Below, piece after piece: positions 1-11,500 of a stretch of 64,000 bases of DNA. The notes below the pieces were generated by a model. That model was given only the letters and a program-made list of their open reading frames with translations, did no database searches and had not been told where the DNA came from. The stretch spans positions 5,206,849-5,270,848 of the forward strand of contig CM082583.2 in NCBI GenBank assembly GCA_040954595.2, written 5' to 3'. This stretch comes from Balanoglossus misakiensis (lineage: Eukaryota > Animalia > Hemichordata). The position numbers were made by a program, and so were the translations under genes. Within the stretch, counting starts at the first letter, position 1. Each line of letters opens with the position of its first letter.

Positions 1-289
1 ATTTGCGGGTAGAATGAAGGCCTGTCGTGCTGAGACAGTCTTTGTGGTTGTGGTAGGACCATGTCACGTGGCCTTTTGGGCGCAGCGTTTCAAACAGCAC
101 AATCCCAGATTGTAAATGAAGCCAGACCTGTCCTTATTTTGTCAGGTTGTGTATTATAAATGTACAAGGCAATCCCTTTTTCAGCATGTGTGTCTTTTAT
201 TTTCAGTGTACGTGTTGTAAAAAATAGATATTTTTCTGTGCATTTTCATGTTTCAGTATAATGTATTTTTTTTTGTAAAAAAAAAAGTG

Positions 290-3200
290 TCACTTTCCGC
301 TGCTGTAACTGCCATAACTCGTTCCGCTGGCAAGAAGCGGGTTACTTCCAGAATCGTAGAGGTCCAGCGAGTGCTCCAGCTGAATTGGCACGGCTTTTAA
401 CTCGATGTCAACGGTTCCCATCGAATCATAGCGGACTGCGGCCGCCCCGTTCAGTCGTCCCAGGTCGTATCGGTCGTATCCATTGGGACCAGAGGGCGCC
501 TTGTCGACCGCTTCCGACCCCGAATGCAACAGTTTTCTGGATATCCACGAATTTTTGCTAAAGCACATACAGCAGCCTTGGTCTTCGTCCCTCTCGGGCT
601 CGACGTTGACCACCGCTTGTTGGTGGCCGGCAACTGCGGCGAGGCGGGAAGCCCGCCGGAGGAATTTGTGCAACTGTCTGACGTTCTCGTCATCGAATTC
701 TGCGACAGCGTCGAAGCAGTAACTGCTGACGCTGCTGATGTCCCCGCAAACGATGACGTCACTGACATATCGGCTGAGGCTCTGGTAGTCTTCGACAAAA
801 TCCTGCCGTCTGTCGTCCTTCTCGGCCATGGTCAAAGTCATATCCATATCGTGAATCACCATGGCGACACTGTCTTTACCTGGCACGGGGAAAAACACAA
901 CATCGTGGTGATGAGACCAACGAATTTAGCTTATAAACAAAAAATGTACAATAAAATTGACGCTGACCATCCTGAAGTCACTTTTCTCCGACATGAAATA
1001 GTATTGGACAATTGTGACACTCTGAACTTTCGTTACAGTGCCACTTGCTGGACTACCCGCATAATAACAAAGGCTGTTTTGTACAGACATAGACAACAAC
1101 TGAACAATGCTATCATATTAATTAGCTAGAATGCCCGTATTTGGGGGTAGCAGCCTAGACCCCGCATATCATCTAAAAATGGCGATCAGGAACTATTGTT
1201 CTCAAAAACTACCAATAAATAATGCCTAGCCCTTGCATGAATTTCAGCACTCGGTTCAAAGTTTGCAGCGCAAGGGCAGTGATGACGTCCTCAGATGCAC
1301 AGAACAGACGGAAGCCTCAATTTTAGTAATCGATTCATCTATCAGAATAACATATGTTCTCCGATATAAAAATACACCTTAATTAACTTCGCTTTAGTCG
1401 CAGACATCGTGCTTGAGTCAGCAGGCTTAAATTATTGTGCACGTTGCGGTTTAATAATTTGCAAAATATTTTGTCCTTGAAACTAGAGCAAACTCTACCA
1501 CGGTCCCTGTAAACTGTGTAAAATTTTGAATACCAACATGCGAAATGATGCCATTTTAAAGAAAGCCACGTATAAATCACCATTAACAGCTAGTAAACGA
1601 TTGGCCATTACAATGGCTGCAAAATGTTGGTGATATTTTTAGCTCGCTTGCATGTAATTTGATTCTGTCAGAGTCTCGCCTATCAGATCAAACCCCTTAC
1701 AACCGAAACCGTTCGAACCAACGTGCGGATTTCTGGCCAAAACGGACTGTACGTAACGTGCGCTTTGCTGTTGTTGACAATTGGGTTTTAGTCCGGAGTA
1801 AAATCCAATAGCCAACCGTGGCAACGTTTGATGAAATATGTGAGGCGTGGGAGAAATCGTGAACGTGTATGTATGTGTCATGCGGGCTCTGCTGTTACGA
1901 CCATGCTATCAGCAATATGGATGACATGGGAGAATTTCCACGCGATATCGATGTGTTCTGATGCGTAGGACGGTGTCACATCATGGAGGGTCGAAAATAG
2001 CTTTCGTCAGTCACGCCCCGGTATAGCCGTACAACGAGGCTACCACCGTCAAAATCTCAAAAATCTGCTAATTCAAGTTGACTTTAACCTTCAGTACATG
2101 GTCTTTCAAGTTCTAAACCCCAAACAGTTGTCATCCAGGCACCGTGTAGGCCTATTGAATCGTGCAAAACTTGCACTCCGCATTTGCTACTCAAAATGAA
2201 AATAATAACCTATACGTAGCCCTGTCGTAATACTGTTTTGTTCTCTACTTGTTAAAGGCGATCCTGACAGCCCGTATAGCGGCCAACTTTTACTTGCGTG
2301 TCGTATAGCAGGCCGCCATTGTTATGTTACGTCATAATTTTTTTCTATGACGTAATGTGACGCAATGGTTCGGTCAGCGTGTCAGACTTTCCCATACTAT
2401 GCTGATTACACGTTTGTATGTACGCTTACATACACTTTAGTAAATTCATAACACGAATCTGTCGTTTCCATATCAGCAACGACATAAACCAAACAAAATA
2501 AGACTACCATAAATGCCTCCATCAAATTATGTAACGAGAGAAAAAAAAAATTAACTCCTACGATAAAGATATTTCCATATTTCTTTTGTTAGCTAAAACA
2601 ATTATGACTATTGTTGTGTGCTGGTGCGTGAGTTATCATGTTTTGACACGATGACCATGTTTAGAAACACATGACACGCAAAAATGTTATATTCAAAAGG
2701 CCACACCCCATGACGAAGGAAATTATCTCTTCTCAACTGGACCATAGAGAGAGAGAGTGGTTCAATTTTGTTTTCAAGAAATTAAAAATATAAGCTTAGT
2801 CATCAACTGCAAAAAATAAGCCTCTTTGGGCTTGTTTTCGCCTGTTCCGTATCATTTTAATATAGCTTGACATCTGTTTGGCACCGAGATAATATATTCA
2901 AAACATAAACGGACCGCACTCACTGACCGCCGGGGTTATATTTAGTACGAAAGGCCCGTGTCATTCGGGGTGTATGAAGTAGAGGAAACTGGTTAATATT
3001 GTTGGACAACATTTTGTGAATGGCAATAATGGCCTGAACCAGCGCGATAATTTTGCCCAGGAAAAACAAATAAAGATCGTTTGTGTTTTGAAATAGACAG
3101 TGGGGTTTCAAAATAGTTGTTAATGCATTGAATAGGAAATATATAACTGGACCATTGGCAGGCTCGTAAAGCGCACGCAATGGAGGTCTTTGCTGTAAAA

Positions 3201-3583
3201 TGTAAATATTAATATCTATATTTCAAACAAAATTATCTTGTCTCACCTTTGAGTCGTTCAGCCTCTCTCAAAAACTGCTGATAATATTGATAAGGCAGTT
3301 CAGTCAGTTCGTTGAATTTGCTGTGGAATTTCTGCGACGATTTCCAGTTTTTCGAGTGGCACAAAATTACCACGTCGAAGTTCTGAATGTCTTTCGCGGA
3401 CAACGCCCGTCCGCTTTGGATTTTGACGTGCACCACCTTTTTGACGTAGCCTGACTCGACCAGTTTGTCGTACAATAGCTGTATGTTGCCCGGCGTTGAC
3501 ATCGAACATAAGGCGACCGTGACTGTCTTCACCGGTTTGGACGACGGCCGCTTGGAGCGCCTGCCCGAGCCGCTCGCCGGCAT
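290..3583 (-). CDS. Uncharacterised 308-aa protein with a predicted alpha/beta (Rossmann/TIR-like) domain; 2 coding exons: 3583-3247 and 879-290
   Basis: ORF 3233..3583 is interrupted by the donor AAAG|GTGAGA (exon ends 3247, phase 1). It joins the acceptor ttttccccgtgccAG|GT at 879 to read ...AERLK-G-KDSVAMVIHD..., ending at TGA 290-292. 337+590=927 nt, in frame, with coding-like GC-rich codons. The fold call is inference. Confidence 0.8.
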
Positions 3584-5455
3584 CCCGAAGGCTTCTTTCC
3601 GTCCCGTACTCGCAACAGCGATTTTTTCCCGTCCGGTGAGCGCTTCCCTTCACTGAAATCCGTTCCGAAACACGCTCGCCCGTCGCCCGAATTCAAACAT
3701 GGACGCCTGTTGGGTGGTTGTACTGACACGACTGCACACACACTCAGAGACACACAGCAAGCACAGTGTGTGCTATTTCCGTGACTTGATTCAACATGTT
3801 GCGGGTCGGCCGACTCTCTTATACGGTCAAACCGGAGCGCGGGCAGTATGAATGGTACCACCACCACCAAACAGATATTAATTATATGCGGCCGAACCGA
3901 GCACAAATTACCACTATCGACAAAGGTCATCAATCGGCGCCGAGCGAGATGCCTTCGCATAAATTGCCCACATCAACAAGTGGCCCGTATCTGAAAATTA
4001 ACACGTGTTACGTGTTGATTTGGCCGTCATAATAACTTGCAAATTAACCCATTATGGCCTTTATTATTAGTACCCCGTGCAAACAGCGCTGGATAGCGGA
4101 CTGTTGGCCCAGACAGGAATAAATTCACACATTTTTCAACTCCAACGTGCGAAAGGGACGGAGTCGCCATCTTTTGCCATTGCTGTCTTTTTCAAGGGTT
4201 ATTCACGCTCCTCACAGAAATATGCTCTCCCCCCTGCATATACGGGCCTAATATCAACTCTCTTACCACATAATTCCTTGCGTTGATCATAAGGCTGTGA
4301 AATGGAAGTATTTTCTCGTCTGCACGAAGTTTGAAAGTGAATTTATAACGGCACACAATTTAGTGCATATGGATATGCGGAACGACGTAGATAACTTCTC
4401 AAAGACGAAACCGAGCAGGTATGATGAAACACATGCATGCAAATAAGTGTTAGAGCGCCAACCACAGGTCATTTTGTGAATTTTGATCGACCACGGATAC
4501 CAGTAGTGTGTGTACCACGCAAGAGACAACACCTGTATTACTTTTAATCAGGTGATACCTGGTTTATAAGTACTCACCATATTTTATCACCTTATTGTTC
4601 TCCGCTTCCAAATTTGTTTTATGTGACTTGCATTGCCTCTCACCAACCAACCAACCATCGCCCGTCCATCCATCCATCCATCCTGACATTTTCGGTTTGA
4701 GCCACTACCATACAGTGCGCCCCCAAGAGTCAAAGAGATCCTCGCGCTGACACAGATAGCTGAATGGATCACTTTTTTCTTTTGTGCGGCAACCTTTCAC
4801 TTTCAGCGATGATGGTGACAGAAGTATCTGAATATGAATATCCACGCATTGAAAACCATATTTCAGAAATAAGCTACCGAACACAAAACTGTTTTCTATT
4901 TCCAGCTTCTGAATGAATATTATATTCAGACATGTATCGACCTGTATAAGGGTATACACAAAGGACAAGCTCACAGAAAATTTTGAACATTAAAAAAGTA
5001 ATACATGGCGATATGATTTTTGTGTGGGCGTCAATTTCAAAGCGAACACCAATATTTAAACCTGACGTTCAAGGTCGGGGGCAAACAAATGGCGGTAAAA
5101 CCAAGTATCGCTGTTATTGGTCGGCAAAATATGACGTCATCCGTGCGGCATATGTAATTTCACAATTCAACAATGTTTCCGGTTGTACCGACAGATTAGA
5201 GCAACCCACATTCGTCCTGTTCAAACAAAATGCCATTATCTGAACGGCTCGAAATTAAAGCTGGCAGGCCAGTGGACGTATCCCATTCCAACGCATTCCA
5301 CTAAACAGACTGTCGGCCTCTGCTCTTTCTCCCACAACCAACGCCTAGCTCCCGCGTGAGGTAGTCATCGTCCGCCGCACTTGGACCGTCCGTCAACTGC
5401 GTCATTTTAACGTCCCGCTGTTTGGATGTCACGGCATCGCTCTGCCCATTCTGCA

Positions 5456-5469
5456 GTTACCTTGGCAAC
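5456..5469 (+). promoter_or_regulatory. RFX X-box-like motif GTTACCTTGGCAAC about 100 bp upstream of the channel A start codon
   Basis: Matches the consensus GTNRCC-N(0-3)-RGYAAC; a full CRE palindrome TGACGTCA lies at 5132-5139. Function not shown. Confidence 0.45.
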
Positions 5470-5570
5470 AGTATTAGCATTGATCCAGATCATAGCCGAT
5501 TTGTCTCCGGATGAAAGACCCGCTCATCAGTGAGTGAGTGAGAGTCCAGTGTCAATCGGAGCGCGAGAAC

Positions 5571-8500
5571 ATGGCATCGGTGGCTTTAACGTTTCTCTTA
5601 GCTTCCGCGTGCCCTCTTGTGTTTGGGTAAGTCCACGTGCATTTATTGAACGATTTTGCGTTGCTTTTTTCTCTGCTCTTGTCACTTTTTGCAATGTGCG
5701 TGCGAATCACAGAAAAGCGTGACCTTCATGCTACGTTGCGTGTAGTCGCGTGAAACAGCGGCGGAGGTAAAGCAAGGTTTAACTGCAAAATCGTCAAGGT
5801 GAATCGAACGTGTTTACAGCTATAAAATGTTACCCGTGGAGGGATTTGGAAAGGGACTCATCTCTTTGTACAGCGTTGCTCGCTTCGACGGGGAATCATA
5901 CACCCGCATAATAATAAAGCTAATCCGAGCATGAGTGCGCGTTATTATCAGAAAAGCAGAATTTCCAACGCTGATGGGAGAGCGTATATAGTACTGCTGT
6001 ATACACATTACACACAGACACAAACACACCAGAAAGTGCACGCCATCTCGAGAAATGTAGGCCAATTTTACAGCATTGTCATTTCAGGCATGAGAGCTTT
6101 TCAATTTTTCCCAACGTTTCAAAGGCTTTGCAACACTGCCTGTTGTACTCAATCTGTACTTAACGTTTGCATTGGAGCTCAGAAACATATCACGTGAGCA
6201 CGCTTTTCCACTTTTTTCATAACCAAGATATATACGGCCACGCGATTTCTTCAGTGCCTTTCTCGATTGCACAGCGTGTAATCACTGTACTTTGTTGACC
6301 CGTAGACCGTGGATGGGGTTGACGGCAATAATTTCAACGGGGATTTTTTAGGCCTTAGTCCACATGACTTATTCTACCTGCTAATAGTAGTAATTGAATC
6401 TCGATCCCGCCAATTATCATATTAAATCGTGAGAACACTTTTGCGGGCATTTTCGAAATGCTAAGCGGAACTGTTACATGGAAATCGACACAAGACATTG
6501 AATGTTATGGGCCCAACTTATCAAAGCCAACAAATGCGACAGGGTCATGCACAGAAAAAATGTTTTATTTCCGTTATATGGGCAGAAAGTGAGATCCAGT
6601 TTACACCTTTTTCTGTAAGCTTACTGTAAATGACCACACGTGCTCTGAGTCTGGAAGTGGTCTTCCTTTTATAATCATATTGTTTTAATTATTGCATTAA
6701 TTAATAACTGTTCTTCCACTTATTGCAGACAAACCAACTCATCGAACGACAGAGAAGCGACAGAACTGTTCACGTATCTTCTCAATGGCTACGACAAAAG
6801 AATCCGTCCAAACTTTGGAAGTAAGTGAACATTTTTGACTGTAAGTTAACAGAATTGCGTTGCAAACCGAAGTGCGAATTTCTGAGTGACATATTTATTT
6901 TCAAGTTCCGATGCTACATTGCCTTATCTTTGCACTGGTATTGGGAAATGGTCGACCTAAATAAAAAAAATCCTAACGCGATACGATGCATAAATCGTTC
7001 TCGCGAGATTCCATCAGAGGCCAAGAGATATATCTTTTCCATTCCTTCTTTGTCAACAGCGATCTTTCTGTTGTCATCTTTCCATTACGGTTGATTTATT
7101 CGCGAAGCGGCCATCTGGTGGGATCATCCGTCTCCATGTCAAAACAGCTCGCCTCGTTATTGTGTTTTTTTCCCTCCATATCTGGTGACGAAATCACCCA
7201 TGAAATGTTTTTCCTATGACAGTCCAATCATTTTAATAGGATCAAAGCAGAAACGACACTTTCCGCAGCAGCGTGGGATTAAACCGTTGTTCAGTCGGAA
7301 CTGTTGCACTTTAAGCGAAATCCGCCGACGCATAAAACATACGCCTTTCGTTGCGTTTTTATGTATCAACATACATGTACACCACTTTGCTTATAGTTGC
7401 TTCAATATAGAGGAATTCATCTTTTTAGAACACCGAGAGTACAGTGACATTGTACCCCCAAACAACCTGGCGCTTATTATTGTCCTACTTCAGGGCCTGA
7501 ACCACGGCAGTACCGCTTTTCTGCCGTTGTTTGTCAATGACGTATGACAGCCTACCAGAATTTCTATACAATCTGGTAAATTAGTTTACTCGTGGCGTGC
7601 CGGTTGTCGATAAACGGCAAGCGTGCATTCACTCGTCGCAATGTGGTGCCCATTTTGCCGTGGAAAACAATCTAGTCGTAAAAATTGAAATCGTTTTCAC
7701 AACAATGTCCGAGGGTTTTTTGTAAACTCACCATGCACTGACGACAAAATGTGCCGCTTGACGCAGGATCAAAGAAAGCACGCTGTGATTGAGATTGTTT
7801 CGGCAGATTGAACGGAACGGAAGGACCATTTACGCACGCGCAGGGCTATACGGAATCGTCGACGTCACTGATTCACATTTGTTCGCGCGGATCCATGTTT
7901 GCATTTGTGGCTATTCAGGTCATTTTGAAACACGGCACACACTTAAATTTGAGGCAAATCCAACTTACGTATGCGACTTCGTGTACAACTTCTAAATCAT
8001 CCTCGTCCGGTCCAGGTGAAATAGTATGCCACACACATATTTGTACACGGGCAACAGTCGTAGCCCGCGGTGCAGCATCTATTCACCGTTAGAATAACAT
8101 ATCCTGCCGTCTCCTGTTGATTTCATTTCAATTTTCAAAAATGCGTTTAACCTCAGCGTGAGTTGAAATTGGGTTACACTCACGCAGAGGTTAGTAAAAG
8201 AAGCGTTTCTAAATGCATGTTGGTGGTGGTAACAGTTCAATTTCTACTCGTATGAGCGCTTCACTAGTCATATTTTAAAGTTTACTTTCAAACTAAAGTT
8301 GTTTCATGTCATTGAACTTGCAGAATGTTTGTCGCTATAATCACATACGACGTGAATGCATGCATGCTTGTGTGAATGACTTTATATTTGCGAACAATAC
8401 TTTTGGGTATACCCCATAATATGGGCGCAAAATGTGAAGTTCGTGGAATCTTCGGATATAATGTGTTAATTGTAGGCCTAAAGGGTGTCTCTGTTTTAAC

Positions 8501-11500
8501 GGTTAGGTCCTGAGCCCATCGTCAATACTGTGCAGATCTATCTGGCCAGCTTTGACGATATCGAAGAGACAAGGATGGTGAGTGCTGTTTTAACGAATTC
8601 AAAATAGACTTCCAATAATTATCACCTTGTTCCAATATAATCAACACGTTGACGTGGACAACGCGATTCTTTATCACTGGCGGAAGCACACTGCTACTGG
8701 TCTGTACCAAGTCAAAATATACATTTGCCTGGTAACAAAACCGGAATTTCAACATCACAACAGGAAAAGATCACAGTTACGAATGGAAAGTTGCGTTTGT
8801 AAGAAAGATTCTAACCCCCAGATCTTCTCTGACAAATACCCAATGTTTAAGAAGATTCGTCACAAACTCCCCATTCTACATATAGAACATACTGTTAAAA
8901 AGTCAACGTTTATAATCAACTTGTTTTCTCCATTTTGAGCAGAGTTACAGCTGCACCATCTACCTGCGCCAGCAATGGAACGACCCGCGACTGACTTACG
9001 ACCCGGCGAAAAGTCTGCCCGATTCCAACTTCATGGCCGATCAGATATGGGTGCCTGACCTGATGTTCGGCAATGAAAAGAAGGCAAATTATCACACCAT
9101 GACGACGGACAACAGAGTCATCGCCATTGATTACAACGGAACGGTTCAATATTCGGCAAGGTATTACCAGAGCTTCAGTTGGTCTAATTTGCATAAGGTG
9201 TTGATAATTTTCCGGCCGTGCTCTATTGGGACCACAATTTGCCCAAGCCATGTAACCATGGTAATCGGCCGGCATTATTTCTTGCAAGTTTTGCGTTGGC
9301 ATCTCATTTCAGAATACAATGTTCTCTTACGACGCCTCAAACCGAAATGGCATAATCTCTGGTTGGTGAGCCACTCTCATTTCAACATTTTAGCCTTTTA
9401 TTTTTTTATTTAAATAAATTTTAGCCAAGCTTCGTTATTCATAAATACTTCGACACAATCTGTGACGTCATTAAGATTCGATCTTCTTCCTCTCCAGGAT
9501 AAGTTTGTCTTTACACTGCGAGATGGACTTCCATCGTTTCCCGCTGGACAAGCAAAAATGCGGCCTGGAAGTCGAAAGCTGTAAGTTTCAGCGGTGTTGC
9601 ATTTTACGTACGCATCCTATGTAATTGAACTTAAATAAAAGCCGTGCCTTCTGTAGCACGCTCTTCAACATATTATGTGAGAAATTTCAAGAAGAACGTG
9701 AGTAGGTCATGTTACCAAAGACACAATTTTTGCAAGGGCGTATTTCTCGCGTTATTTTATAGAATTTCCACGTGATATTCTAAGTAAACGTAAAAGCATT
9801 GGGGCACGTTTTTTTTAATAAAAGCTGACACAATATTTTCAATAAATAGGTTGAAATATAATCGTTATTGTGGAGATCTATCTAACACAATTTATTGACT
9901 CTATAACCGATTTTTTACGGACGTGATACTTTCAAGGAATGTCCCGAAAAACGTTGATGGCTTCTCGCTCACCTCCAAATTTTTCGGATTTCCAGTCCAG
10001 TATAAGACGAAGGACATGGTTTTCCAGTGGGTGGAAGACGAGCCGGCCGAATTCAACAAGAACCACCTGAAGCTACCGCAGTACAGCTTGCAAGGCATCC
10101 AAGTCATGGATTGCACACGAAGACTTAGCACGGGTATGTAGACAGTGCAGATTGGTGTGCATCTCGCCAGGTAGGCTCGGAACCGGAACCGGAAGCTGGT
10201 TTGCATAGTACTCATAGGGGGAAAGTATTCTAGGCTTTCCTTGTGTTGAAAAATAGCAAGCTTATAGTTAGCGTGTAGAATGCGAGATTATTGAGATAAG
10301 AATAAGCCATCACGTCCATATGTACTATTTCTGGTGGTTGCACCGGGGCGGGCGCACGGGCAAGCCAAACGGCAGTGATATCGGGGATCAATGCTTGGCC
10401 CTAATCGTTGACTTTGATCTTGCGTGCTGGTCCTAAAGTGAATTGCAGTGGCATAACATACAGACGTGGTCTTTTTCATCGCAGGAAACTACACTTGTAT
10501 CGGGATAACCTTTATACTGGAGAGAGAGATCGGCTACTACCTGTTGCAGACGTACGTGCCGAGCATTCTGTTGACGGTTCTCTCCTGGGTCTCCTTCTGG
10601 GTGGACATCAAGGCAGCTCCGGCCAGAGTGGCGCTGGGTATCACCAGTGTGCTGACCATGATCACAACGCTTAATGGCGTCAGGGGAGATCTACCGCACG
10701 TGTCTTATGTCAAGGTGAGGGAATGAGCTCCTACACATTTTAGTAAAAAGTCACATGAATGAACTATTACTGTACACAAGGTGATATTATAGCTATATAC
10801 CGGATTGTTACCGCAAATATGTTCAAAATATTTATTCCTGATCAAATCACGATTTTTCAAATTCCCATTTATTACATGATAATTCAACGTCACGCCCGAT
10901 TACACAGACGTCTTCAAAATCAAAGGAATAAAGCGAAGCGTTACACCCTTCACTGGATTCGCTTCCCCCGTTATTGAGTTTAACGGCGGTTTCCTGTCAA
11001 TTTTCAAAACTTAGCAGCGGTTCACAAACCCATCAATAACAACACTAGGCATATACCTCTCTCAGTGTCCCTGCACACGCAATTTCAAAGGTACTTTTCA
11101 TTCGATTTAATAGAAAAAAAATACATGTACTTCTTTCGCCGAGCACCCTGGTGTTAAGCCCCCGTTGTTCTGGTTCGTGCAAATCACTTCACTGAATGAA
11201 TTCCGATCGGCTTTATCGCATTTTCACAAAAGCCTGGAAAGACGTGGGCGGACGGGTTTGGAATATGCTAATTCCGTCGATAGAGAGGTGTTGATGCAAT
11301 ATGCCGAGTAGAAGTTTAATATTGAACAAGAAAAGGATAGCGAGCTTATCACTCGAAATCTCGGTGCGTTCGTCATAATTCTATTGTAAGGCTAATCACC
11401 CAATTGGCTTATTCACGCTTTTGGTTAATAGGTCTGACTCGGCATCAGGCGAATTACTAGTATTTAAACATGTTCTGACATACACTTTATCACGACGATA

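Noticed and set aside
524-1129. 201-aa plus-strand ORF opposite gene 1 exon 2, and similar antisense ORFs at 13288-13854 and 19923-20624
   Set aside because: Antisense shadows of GC-rich coding exons.
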